Made by a program: the position numbers and the translations under genes
NCBI RefSeq assembly: GCF_001194135.2
Contig: NC_068983.1
Location: 166,363,940 to 166,427,778, forward strand
Source of the DNA: Octopus bimaculoides
Lineage: Eukaryota
Length of the DNA stretch: 63,839 bases
Direction: 5' to 3'
In this document: one piece after another, positions 13,979-25,837 of the stretch
Numbering within the stretch: the first letter of the stretch is position 1
Layout: every line of letters begins with the position of its first letter
Notes under the pieces: generated by a model
Told to the model about the DNA's origin: nothing
What the model saw: the letters and a program-made list of their open reading frames with translations, nothing else
Database searches by the model: none

Positions 13979-14542
13979 CAGGGTTATTCAAAAAGAATGA
14001 ACCGATTTCATTACGCAATATTTTAACTGGGAAAAGCAATTGAAAACTCCAGCTAAGGCACAAGTATTTACTCGTAATCAACATTTATTTCCAGTCTTAC
14101 AGGTGTTCAATGTGGCCACCACCTGCAGCATGAGCAACATCAATGCAATAAGAGAATTCCTCCCTGGTGCCCAAGACCTTACTCTTTGTGCTTGGCCTGC
14201 GAGATCCCCAGACTTCACTGTGTGTGATTTTTTTCTTGTGGGGATATGTAAAAGACCACGTTTATGTTCCACCGCTACCCATTAACCTCGATGACCTTAA
14301 GCACTGAATAACAACAACGATCGACTCAGTGGATCGTAATATGCCGATACGCATCTGGGAGGAATTCTCTTATCGCATTGATGTTGCCCATGCTGCAGGT
14401 GGTGGCCACATTGAACACCTGTAAGACAGGAAATAAATGTTGATTGTGAGTAAATACCTGTGACTTAGCTGGAGTTTTCTATTGCCTTTCCTTGTTAAAA
14501 TATTGCCTAATGAAATCACTTCATTCTTTTTGAATAGCCCTG
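13979..14542 (+). mobile_element. Internally deleted Tc1/mariner-superfamily element (maT/rosa-like) with ~165 bp TIRs
   Basis: TA|CAGGGTTATTCAAAAAGAATGA ... TCATTCTTTTTGAATAGCCCTG|TA. The interior encodes WPARSPDFTVCDFFLVG, close to the WPxRSPDLTPCDFFLWG motif. Confidence 0.85.
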
Positions 14543-14654
14543 TATAAAGCATAAAGAGTATAAGGTGACAGAGATGATAAAAAACCAGGCAAAGATGATT
14601 AAAAAGCACAAGGGAGAAAAATTAACAAAACAAGAAATGAAAATATATGGACAA

Positions 14655-15130
14655 TCATTATCATTTAACATCCCTGTTCTATGCTGGACAGTTTGGTAGG
14701 GATCTGATATATCTAAGGACTGCATTGAGCTCCACTGTCTGCTTTGGCATGGTTTCTATGGCTGGATGCCATTCCTAATACCAACCACTTTACTGCTAGG
14801 ACTGGGTCTCTTTTTTCATGCCACCTGCATTACTTAGGCCACACCACAATTTGCAAGACTGAGTCCAATAAGAGGTGACGGGAAGGGATAGAACTTCAGG
14901 CTGGGGGACGAGGGGATTACAATGAGAGAAGGGACAGAGCATGTTCCTGCAGCGGGATCTGCATGGCTACTTACACCTAGTTGGAGAAAAGGGGGAGGAG
15001 AGAAAGAGAAAATGATAGCAATAAGATGTCCAGGTGCCCCACTACCACGAGAGACAAAATTGTATTGGAAAGTGAATGAGACAAGACAATGAGCTGGGGA
15101 AGACAGAGAGATGCATGATAAAAAGTGATA
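14655..15130 (-). mobile_element. Non-autonomous retroposon with RTE-type tail and purine/pyrimidine-skewed 5' part (my family F)
   Basis: RTE tail motif GCTGGATGCCATTCCTAATACCAACCAC plus TTTGCAAGAC and a purine-rich extension. Similar to 33547-34144, 38900-39765 and 46790-47400. Confidence 0.6.
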
Positions 15131-15660
15131 CTAACCAAGAAATAATAAAAAAGATATTTAAAAATAAAGCAAATGAAACTATGAAATACTGAAACACTTG
15201 TTCATGCATAAACAATGCTAATATGGGAAACAAAACAGTACATGTTAACTAAATGGTGTAACCATTCCTGAAGACAGCAGGATTATTATTGAAAGAGGAG
15301 AGTGAATACTGAGTCATAATTAGAGATCTGGCAAAAGATACATATATTTAGAAGTGATAATGCTTTGGGGACACATTAAGTTGGCACAGAGATAAGAATT
15401 ATCTTCTTTTTTTCAATTAGGAATAAATTATTATGTACCAACTTTATGGAATCACTTGGTCAAATCTCACTTCTTAAATAATTTATTTTAGAAATCCCTA
15501 CCAATATATTTTTCATTTAACCCTTTTGTTATTATATCCCTGATGAAATATACCTGCTTTATTTCAATAAATTTTGAAAATAAAAAAAAAAATTTGAAGG
15601 GAGGTTTAAATTTAAATCATTCTAACCCTTTTTTATACTATTTCTGTTCAAATACAATAT

Positions 15661-16488
15661 CATCATCGTTGTTTAACATCCACTAACTATGCTGGCATGG
15701 GTTGGACAGTTTGACTGAGGATTGGCAAACCAGGAGGCTGCACCAGACTCCAATCTGTTCTGGCAAGGCTTCTACAGCTAGATGCCCTTCCTAACACCAA
15801 CCACTCTGAGTGTAGTGGGTGCTTTTTCCATGCCCCCAGCACAGGTGCCAGTTAGGCAGTACTGGCATCAGCCACAACAATGATTTCACTTGACTCAACA
15901 GGTCTTCTCAAGCACAGTATATTGCCCATTGATTGAAGGATACTCTTACATGGGCTGGTTATGCAACACTGGCATAGGCCACAGCTAGTCTCATTTGGCT
16001 TGCTGGGTCTTCTCAAGCACAGCATATCTCCAAAAGTCTCGGTCACTTGTCATTGCTTCTGTGAGGCCCAACGTTCAAAGGTCGTGCTTCACCACCTCGT
16101 CCCAGATCTTCCTGGGTCTACCTCTTCCACAGGTTCCCTCCACTGTTAGGGTGTGACACTTCTTCACACAGCTGTCCTCATCCATATGCAACACATGACC
16201 ATACCAGTGCAGTCGTCACTCTTGCACACCACATCTGATGCTTCTTTTGTCCAAATTTTCTCTCAAGGTGCTTACACTCTGTCATGTATGCACACTGACA
16301 TTACACATCAAGTGGAGCATACTAACTTCATTTCTTTCAAGCCTACGCAAGTCTTCAGCAGTCACAGCCCATGTTTCACTGCTGTGTAGCATGGCTGTTT
16401 GCACACATGCGTCATACAGTCTATCTTTCACTCTGAGCGAGAGGCTCTTTGTTACCAGCAGAAGTAGGAGCTCTCTGAACTTTGCACA
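15661..16488 (-). mobile_element. RTE LINE 3' fragment inserted in a type 1 MITE (MITE spans about 15620-16645)
   Basis: ORF 16282-16512 reads AKFRELLLLLVTKSLSLRVKDRLYDACVQTAMLHSSETW, an RTE C-terminus. The MITE sequence resumes at about 16490. Confidence 0.85.
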
Positions 16489-17232
16489 TGTTTCAATTTC
16501 TGAAAATAACAAAAACTAGTAAACTTGCTTTGTCATTATTAAGCATGAAATTTTAATGGGAAGTTTTTAATTTAGATCACTTTAAAACAGGAAGTTTGTA
16601 CCATAGAACCAGAAATGGTCTTAGGTGGTGTGTCAAAAAGGTTAAGAGAAGAAACTCTATCCAGAAGGTGTCAAATTATTGGATGTTGAAATTAGTGACA
16701 AATAACCTTTTGTTATAACATCCAAACAGAAGAGGTTCCAAAAAATAAACCTTTGACAGACTTAACATATGTGAGAGAGTACTTGCAAACTTGTTCTAGC
16801 TTATAAGGTAGTCACATAACAAGTAGAGGGTGAAAAATAAAGTGAATTCATGATGAATTTTAATTGAAAGCCTAAAGGAAAAAAACTAGACAACAACATT
16901 CATGTCTCTATTCTCGACACCACTACTAACATTACTTAGATGTTAAAGATATTAATATTAATAAAATGTTCACATCACAACAAGGCTACACATATGTAGA
17001 AGAGGAGTTGTGGCTGACTGAATTGACCCAGTGTTTATTGTAATGACACCAAAAAGACAGAAGGAAACTCAACTCCAGTGTGACTTAGAACAGATGAGTG
17101 AAAGTAAACACTGTAAGTCAATTAATCCAGTGCCACACTACTTTTCTCATTCTATTGCCTTTTCTCTTTTGTATTTTGACAAATTATATTTACTGGAAAC
17201 AGATGCAAAACTCTCTCTCTCTCTCTCTCTCC

Positions 17233-17275
<43 letters not shown>

Positions 17276-17294
17276 CATAAAATAGAAAACTTAC

Positions 17295-17338
17295 CAACAA
17301 AGAAAAACATTTATAAGAGAAAAATAATAAGAGAAATC
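17295..17338 (-). other. Putative exon of a minus-strand spliced transcript
   Basis: Acceptor tatttattttggaag| and donor |gtaagt; 44 nt. Confidence 0.35.
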
Positions 17339-17759
17339 CTTCCAAAATAAATATTTAAAAGATAAACATTGAGAATTAGTCATATATCACAAAGAGAAGA
17401 AACATCAATTTGCTCTAATGACACACTAACTTGTCTAATTTATTATTGAAATAACTTTTTCCAAGCAAAACTGCTGCTGGTATCCTTAAACTACAGTGGA
17501 CATATTCACTACACTTGTGGCTAGTTGAAGACACCATAGGCTAGGTTAGGAGCAGGCTTGGCATAAGATTCACTAGAGTATCAGAATATCTTCAGGATGA
17601 CAGTAACAAGCTTTATTCCTTAGACACATACACTCAAAGGACATCTTTCAGTTTCTGTCTACCAAATCCACTCACAAGACCTTGTTTAGACCATGTGGTT
17701 GGGAAGCAAATTTCTTAACCACAAACCTGACTCCATGCAAGCATGGAAAAGCAGACATT

Positions 17760-17791
<32 letters not shown>

Positions 17792-17867
17792 AATGCGGAT
17801 ATATGGTATTAAATATTCCAGCAGAAGAAAAATGAGTTGTGTGTATGTCTTGAACAACAATACTAAT

Positions 17868-18490
17868 CATCATCATCATCATCATCGTTTAACGTCCGCT
17901 TTCCATGCTAGCATGGGTTGGACGATTTGACTGAGGACTGGTGAAACCGGATGGCTACACCAGGCTCCAGTCTGATTTGGCAGAGTTTCTACAGCTGGAT
18001 GCCCTTCCTAACGCCAACCACTCAGAGAGTGTAGTGGGTGCTTTTACGTGTCACCCGCACGAAAACGGCCACGCTCGAAATGGTGTCTTTTATGTGCCAC
18101 CCGCACAAGCCAGTCCAGGGGCACTGGCAACGATCTTACTTGGCTTGCCGGGTCTTCTCACGCACAGCACNNNNNNNNNNCATGTGCCACCCGCACAAGA
18201 ACCAGTCCAGGGGCACTGGCAACGATCTTACTTGGCTTGCCGGGTCTTCTCACGCACAGCACACCTCCAAAGGTCTCGGTCAGTAGTCATCGCCTCGGTG
18301 AGGCCCAATGTACGAAGGTCTTGCCTCACCACCTCAGCCCAGGTCTTCCTGGGCCTACCTCTTCCACGGGTTCCCTCAACTGTTAGGGTGTGGCACTTTT
18401 TCACGCAGCTATCCTCATCCATTCTCACCACATGTCCATACCAGCGCAATCGTCTCTCTTGCACACCACAACTGATGCTTCTAATGTTCG
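17868..18490 (-). mobile_element. Young RTE LINE 3' fragment (70 bp duplicated across a 10-N gap, probably an assembly overlap)
   Basis: ORF 18228-18464 reads MQERRLRWYGHVVRMDEDSCVKKCHTLTVEGTRGRGRPRKTW, an intact RTE C-terminus, followed by 3' UTR and tail. Confidence 0.9.
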
Positions 18491-18504
18491 GTACAAGACC
18501 AGCA

Positions 18505-18930
18505 AATTCAGGTGAGAGGTGAAGTCAATTACATCAGCCCCAGCACTCAACTGGTACTTAATTCATCGACCCTAAAAGGATGAAAGGTAAAGTTGACCCT
18601 GATGGAATTTGAATTCAAACGTAGTGACAGATGAAATGCCATTAAGCATTTCGCCCAGCATGCTAACGATCCTGCCAGCATGCCACCTTCATAATAATAA
18701 TTATTATTTCTTTATTGCCCACAAGGGACTAAACATAGAGGAGACAAACAAGGACAGACAAAGGGATTAAGTTGATTACATTGACCCCTGGTACTTATAT
18801 AATTGACCCCAAAAAGATGAAAGGCAAAGTCGACCTCAGCGGAATTTGAACTCAGAACATAACAGCAGACGAAATACTGCTATGCATTTTGCCTGGCTTG
18901 CTAACACTTCTGCCAGCTCACTGCCATAAT
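18505..18930 (-). mobile_element. Two tandem family C tRNA-type SINEs
   Basis: Two copies of GGATGAAAGG(T/C)AAAGT(T/C)GACC...GGAATTTGAA(T/C)TCA...TGCTAAC..TCTGCCAGC. The reverse strand has A/B-box-like heads. Confidence 0.8.
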
Positions 18931-18942
18931 AATAGCAATAAT

Positions 18943-18983
<41 letters not shown>

Positions 18984-19840
18984 TGATGATAATAACAACA
19001 ACAACAACTTTACTACAAGCAAAAGACCTGCAATGTTGCGAGAGAGGGCTAGCTGATTACACTGGCCCTTGTGCTCAATTAGTACTCATTTCAGTGACCT
19101 CAGGATAGATACTGCTTTTGATTAAAAAAAAACAAAAGATAGGCAGTAAAGAAACTAATTGTTTTGATATTATCTTTATTGATAATCTATCTAAGAATAT
19201 TAACTTATCCATTACATCTATCCTGACAACATCTTGAAAATGAAGAAATTAAGATGACAGAAAAAAATCTCTGGACAATAGGACTGGTAAATTTTCAAGC
19301 ATGGGTCTCTGAAATAGCTCCAGGAAATAATGCATAGAGAGAAGATGACAATGAAGAAAAATACTCAATAGATTAACTTTACAAGTTGTACTTGTTTTGG
19401 CAAGTGACTTGATCTGAAATTTGTGAGTTAAAACTGAAATAATTACATGATAACAGAAGAATCATTTTAACCATTGAACAGAAAAACATCTCAAAATAAA
19501 TACGGTAATGAAAGGGTTAAACTGTGCTCTAAATAGAGGTGTAGTCAAATCCTATTTTATGGATTCAACCATGTTCTAAAATAAGTCAAAAGGTAAGCTA
19601 CTATAAATTGGTACAAACTTTCCAGACAACCCAATATTTTATTTGCAAGAGGAGGAGGAGGTCATTTCCTTCTATCATACTCCACTTTAAGCACAGTGAG
19701 TGGCATTCAGGAGTAAACATCTTTCTGTGGGTTTGAGATATAAAATAATTCTTTTATACTTTGATCAGTTGTCCCTTTTGTGTATGAGTGACCTTTCTGA
19801 ACTTTGAACTTGTGCCGTCTCTTTTCACTTCCAGGCTCAC

Positions 19841-19915
19841 TTTTGGATGCGGTCCTTCTCACTGTTTTTGTTTCTCTCTCTTCCTTTCTGCCACTTAGAA
19901 TTACTTTTTATCAAA
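19841..19915 (-). other. Putative exon (or start of a terminal exon)
   Basis: Acceptor cttctatttgtcag| and donor |gtgagc. The one open frame reads LIKSNSKWQKGRERNKNSEKDRIQK, with TGA immediately after if unspliced. Confidence 0.35.
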
Positions 19916-21234
19916 CTGACAAATAGAAGACATTAACGACTCCTACAATGCTTAAAGAAGGATGTCATTAAAAGAGAAAAAAAAAAAAAAAGAAAAAAAA
20001 AACAGAGAAAAAAGGAAAAAAGATAGAAAAACTTGCATGGTTTATAAAATTTGGCCACTAAGTGAACTGCAGCAAAATGCAGTGAAATTATGTCAGTGAC
20101 CAAGTCATAGACAGAAGAGAGGCAGAACTTTTTGACATTTCATATTACTATTATTAAAGAAATCAACTAAAGTGAATGTAACAGTTTTGTATGTTCTTAA
20201 TGGTTTAAAAATGACTCTTTCCTGGTGTGATAAATTTAATATTACAGTTGAACTATTCATAACTATAAATTCTGTAGGAAGATTTCAATGAAACTGAATA
20301 AATGTCATCTACTAAGAATGATGATAATCATGGAAGCATTTGTGTCAGAGTTTTTTTTGTTGTTGTTTTTTTTTTTTTTTTTTTTTTTATGGCTATGATG
20401 ATGATGATGATGAGCTAGAGAAACAGAAGATAGTAAGTAGTTAAGCTAGATTCTTCACCCAACCTAAAATACCAAGCCATAAGCATAGCTTATGAAAGGA
20501 AACTGAGATTTCATCTCTCTCAGCCTGAATCATTATTCATGGAGAAAAGTTTGGTTGCTAAGAGCAGGTGTTAAAACAAGGACTAGACAATCACAATGGA
20601 TGTTAAATGATGGTGGTGATGATGATGATGATGACGATGACAACTTCCCAAATGCTTTAGTCTCTTATAGGTTCCAGTCTTTGGACTGGGTTCGTGATCG
20701 GATGCAACATTGAAGAGTTTTAGTCGTGTTTGATCCCAGTCAATTGTATCAGCCTAGTTTGTCCAGTGCTTATTTCATCAGCCTTGTAAATTAGAAATGG
20801 CAAAGTCAAATAGTGCACACAGGACATAACTGAGATGACATCAAACAACATAAGGTGCTTTTCTTTGAATTACTGATTCTACCCAAACTCATGTGCATGT
20901 GTATGTGCACAGCTCTGCTTACTATATTGTAGCCCTAATCCATATTGATGCTCCACTGATTACATTAAACTGCTGTGGGAGTTTAATATAGCCATAATTC
21001 AAGTTTCGGCCTTCTATGGTAATTTGTCACAGATTTAGCACATCTCACATAAAAAGCATCCACTACACCCTGTAAAGTGGCTGGTATTAGGAAGGGCATC
21101 CAGTTGTAGAATTGATATCAAAACAGACAAATGGAGCCTGGTGCAGCTTCTCCAGCCTTGCCAGCTCCTATCAAACCATCCAACCCATACCAGCATGGGA
21201 AACAGACAGTAAATGATGATGATGACATCTATAT

Positions 21235-21283
<49 letters not shown>

Positions 21284-21304
21284 AATATATATATATATTT
21301 ATAT

Positions 21305-21715
21305 ATAAGGCTTTACATCCTCACACGCCAGCTTAATTTAATTCGTCCTTAGTCAAAAGACACCTGTTGTTATGTCCTGTCATTTGTATTTGTGTAACAT
21401 TCTCCGTTTTTTCCGTCCTTGTTTTCGTATACATTCACTGCTTTCTTCCAAGGAATCTAATGCTCTCAGCTTAGTTTTTCCTTGAGGCTGGCCAGATTGG
21501 AGCAATCTCGAGTATAACCAGCCAAAATTGCAAGGATAATCTGGAACTCGACTGAGGAAAGAAAATTCTGAATGACCTGTCTTTGTTTCCTTTTATCATC
21601 TATCTGGATGTTTTGTCCCTTTCTTGTATCACCTAATTGTCTGGATGGTTTGTTGTCCCTTTCTTGTATCACCTAATTGTCTGGATGTTTTGCGTTCTTG
21701 TCCCATTTTGTATCT
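21305..21715 (+). mobile_element. Probable Penelope-like element 3' end / pseudo-LTR
   Basis: Coding end ..LYILTRQLNLIRP* resembles GIY-YIG C-termini. It is followed by GGCTGG...CCAGCC-AAAA and a 34 bp tandem duplication. Confidence 0.4.
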
Positions 21716-22099
21716 ATATATATATATATATATATCTTCAAACATAGATACATATAAGCTTCCATACAATTTTTGTCTATAAAAATTCATTCAAAACATT
21801 TTTGGATGACTCAAATCTGTAGCAGATGATATTTTGCCAAAGGTTCTGGGTGCTGTGCACTGGGAGTAAACCAGGTATCCTGTGGTTGTGAAGCACCTTA
21901 CTACTTTTATCTTCTGTTAACAAAGAAATGAAAGATGAAATAAACATCAGAGATATTTTACCTCACACAAAAACTACAGGAGCTACTTAAGGACATTGCA
22001 AGCTCTTCTGGTGGTAATGATGACTAAAGATATTGTACTGTCAGGGACCCTTGTGAATGGTCAGCAAGTATCACAGGTTTACAAGCATTTCACCCCTTA

Positions 22100-22460
22100 G
22101 TCTATAGACTAAGGGGTGGGCTTTGCTTGAGTGGGCAACAAGAACTGAATTTGCAAACAGAAGGGTTCCATCTGTGGTCTCTTATCAATGACCTTGAACT
22201 AGCCATATCTATCTCCCAGAAGGCTTTCTTCAGCTGTTTGAGGTCCAAACCTGTCTTCTGCAGGGAACAGCACACTGATCCTGTTGAAAAGCCAAGACAG
22301 CCAACATCAATAGGCAATGAGGCCATGTACCATCCTTCGACAAGTGCCTTATCAACCAGCTCCTGATATTTGATCTTCCTCAGTTGATGAGAAATGCCAA
22401 GTCTGTCTTTGCAGGGCACTGAATTCAACCATGGTGATTATTTTAGCACCTTCTGGACAG
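22100..22460 (-). mobile_element. Remnant of an RLE-type (Hero/R2 group) non-LTR retrotransposon, C-terminal endonuclease
   Basis: With one frameshift it reads AKIITMVEF-VPCKDRLGISHQLRKIKYQELVDKALVEGWYMASLPIDVGCLGF, matching the family pattern VELTVPWE..AHERK..KYQELV....GW....PIEVGCRGF. Confidence 0.75.
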
Positions 22461-22815
22461 CAGTAACATGCCTGGTTGGTGTGATATTACAGCCCGCCTC
22501 CTCTGGGAAGACAAGTCTATCGTTGTGTCTCCAAGTCTAAAACTGGAAGGAAAATCGCATATAACTATTTATAGTGTATATAAACTCGGACTCAGTCAAA
22601 TGAATCAAGCTAATTCGCACAGCTGTGCAAGTACACACACTAACAACATAGATTACATCATAGTGCACCACATAATGTCATCGGATAATTTAAAATGAGA
22701 TGTATGCTTTTTTAATAAACATACAGAACTATACATCTGGTGTAAACCAAGTGTTTACTTCTCATAACAAAGCTATAATTGTATATTTAGCAAAAAAAAA
22801 AACAATGTACACTTT

Positions 22816-24695
22816 ACATCATCATCATCATTTAGCATCATCATTTAACGTCAGCTTTCCATGCTGGCATGGGTCAGACGGTTTGACTGGAACTGGCAAG
22901 CTGGAGAGCTGCACCAGGTTCTGGTCTGATTTGGCAGGGTTTCTATGGCTGGACATCCTTCCTAACACTAACCACTCCAAGAGTGTAATGAGCACTTTTA
23001 CCATGCCACTCACATGGGTGCCAGTCACATGGCACTGGCATCAGCCATGACTACAATTTCACTTGGCTTGATGGGTCTTCTCAAGTACAACATATTGCCA
23101 AAGGTCTCAATCATTTGTCATCGCGCTCTGTGAGACCAAACGTTCGAAGATTATGCTTCGCCACCTAGTCCTATATCTTCTTGAGTCTACCTCTTCCACA
23201 GGTTTCCTCCACAGTTAGAGATCAGCACTTCTTTACACAACTGTCTTCATCCATACACATCACATGGTCATACCAGTGCAGTCATCTCTCTTAGGCACCA
23301 CATCTGATGCCTCTTATACCCAACTTTTCTCTCAAGATGTTTACACTCTGTTGAAGTGTACACTGACATTGCACAGCCAGCAAAGCAAACTGGCTTCATT
23401 TCTTTCAAGCCTACACATGTCCTCAGTGGTCACAGCCCATATTTCTCTGCTGTATAGCATGGCTGTTCACATACGGGCATTATACAATCTGCCTTTCACT
23501 CTGAGGGGGAGATCCTTAGCTACCAGCAAAGGTAGAAACTCTCTGAACATTGCTCAGCCAATTCTTATTGTAGCAGCTATACTCTCAGAGCATCCACCTC
23601 CATTGCTGACTTGGTCATCCCAATAACGGAAGCTATCGACTACTTCTAAGTATCCCCCCTGGTATTTGATGGAACCTATTTTCTGTACATTTCTAGTGGT
23701 TATTGCACTTGTGCACCTTCCACACACACAGACTATTTTCCTTGTTAACCGTCCTCTGATATTGCTGCAGCCCTTGTGTATATTGCTGCACCCTTTGTGT
23801 ATCCATAGCTTGTACATCTTATAGAGTTTCTACCCTCAACTTTTCTATATTGAGGTGGGACCATCAACCTGAAGGGACTTGTGATTTGTCCTCTTCCCTA
23901 CTTAGTAAGACTTTGGTTTTTTTCTAGATTAACTTTAAGGCCCTTTGATTCTAAACCTTGCTTCCATACCTGGAAGGTAATGATTCTGCTATAAGAGCAA
24001 GGTCATCAGCATAGAGGAGCTCCCAGGGGCAGCCTGTCTTGAATTCCTCTGTTATTGCCTGGAGGACTATGATGAATAAGAGGGACTAAGGTCTGATCCT
24101 TGGTGAAATCCTACTTGAACCCTGGACTCATCGCTATACTTGTTGCCAACCCTCACCTTACTGACAGCATCCCTGTACATGGCTTGTACAGCTCTCACAA
24201 ACGACTCATCTATCCCTAGTTTCTGTATTGATCACTAGATAAGGGACTGGGGAACCCTGTCAAAGGCTTTGTCCATGTCAACAAAAGCTAAGTACAGAGG
24301 TCTATTTTTGGCTAGGTACTTCGCCTGCAGCTGCCTTACCAAAAGTACAGCATCAGTGGTGCTTCTCCCTGGCATGAAACCAAACTGCATCTCATCGAAA
24401 CCTACTCTCTTCCTAATTAATTACCCTCTCCATAACTTTCATCGCCTGATCCAACAATTTGATACTTCTGTAATTAGTCCTATCTAAGGCATTACCTTTA
24501 CCTTTGTAGCAGTTGACTATGATCCTGCTACACCAGTCGTTGGGTATGAATCCCTTATGTACAACCTGGTTAATTATATGGGTGATTAGGCCATAACCCA
24601 CACCACCAGATATTTTAAGCATCTCACTGGTGATTCCTGAGGAGCCAGGGGCTTTCTTGGTCTTCATATCCTTCATGGCTTTATCTATCATCTGT
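22816..24695 (-). mobile_element. Degenerate RTE LINE, RT to 3' tail, with internal deletion
   Basis: KAPGSSGITSEMLKISGGVGYGLITHIINQV..NYRSIKLLDQAMKVMERV, RT motifs (GFHQGS, YADDL at about 24010) and a tail at 22816. Confidence 0.9.
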
Positions 24696-24987
24696 TTTAT
24701 CTTACATTTCAAGTTATTCAAAAATGCTGTGTAGTGTACAAGAAAATAATTCATGTTGATAGCATGCTGTTGTGTGTATTCAATCCTGTTAACTCCATTT
24801 TTCCCTATTAGTATGGGTTATATCAATATATTATAGAGGCAGTGTTTTATAGCTAGTTATCTATTGTGTCATTCATCTGTTTTGCAAGTAAGGGATCTCT
24901 TATTTCCCATGCCTTCAAGGCTGCAAAGCAAGCATACTGTCTACTTAAAACACTCATAGCTTTCAAGGGTACAAATATAAAGACATG

Positions 24988-25018
<31 letters not shown>

Positions 25019-25059
25019 TCTACTGCAGAGTATGGGTCCTCTTGAGTACAGCAAGGTGC

Positions 25060-25375
25060 CAGGTATTTCAGTCCTTTGTCATCTCACCTAAAAGGTTCAG
25101 CATCCTGAGATCGTACATCAGTACTTTGTCCCATGTCTTCCTGAGTCTCCCTCTTCCAGGAGATCCATCCACTTTGAGAGATTGGAACCTCTTTATAGAG
25201 CTGTTGACATCCATCCACATTACATGACCAAATCAGCACAGCCATCTCCCTTGCATGCTGCATCTAATTCCTCTTATGCTTAACTTTTCACTCAGTATAC
25301 TAGCACTGTCACACATATATACACTTACATTACATATCTAGCAGAGCATACTCGTCTCATTCCTCTCTAACCTTC
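25060..25375 (-). mobile_element. Old RTE C-terminal fragment ending in an imperfect foldback (25300-25420)
   Basis: Degenerate match to the RTE C-terminal region. GAGCATACT..CTCATTCC is mirrored by GGAATGAG..AGTATGCTC. Confidence 0.6.
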
Positions 25376-25423
25376 TCTTGAGGGGAATGAGGATAGTATG
25401 CTCCACTGGATGTGTAATGTGTA

Positions 25424-25498
<75 letters not shown>

Positions 25499-25641
25499 TT
25501 AAGATAAGAGAAGAAATGGAGTAACATGTAACAATTAGAAGTTGATCATTAGTATTGAATGATCATGGTTTAATTATGGTTAAGATAACATTTACAGCTG
25601 TTTCAGTTTGTTATTTTTGAGATAAACTTGCGTTTATCTCA

Positions 25642-25837
25642 TTCCATGTAACAAACATTATCAGAATGATTTGAACTTTACCAGAGGAATATTGACAGGA
25701 GATCGAAGGGTGACAGGAGAAAAATGAAAAAAAGAAACGTGAAAGAAAAAAGAAAAAGATTCCTGTCAACCTTCGATCTTCTGTGAATATTCCTCTGGTA
25801 AAGTTCAAATCATTCTGATGATGTTTGTTGCATGGAA
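25642..25837. repeat. Foldback inverted repeat, ~77 bp arms, ~40 bp A-rich loop
   Basis: TTCCATGTAACAAACATTATCAGAATG...GACAGGA versus TCCTGTC...CATTCTGATGATGTTTGTTGCATGGAA; 5 mismatches. Confidence 0.9.

Noticed and set aside
17460-17630. TGTCTTCA..TAG match to the conserved core of the duplicated ncRNA candidate, also ~120 nt from an acceptor
   Set aside because: Only an 8-mer matches and the flanking blocks do not align. Worth retesting with a covariance model.
18101-18250. Direct 70 bp duplication
   Set aside because: It straddles a 10-N gap and is most likely an unmerged contig overlap.
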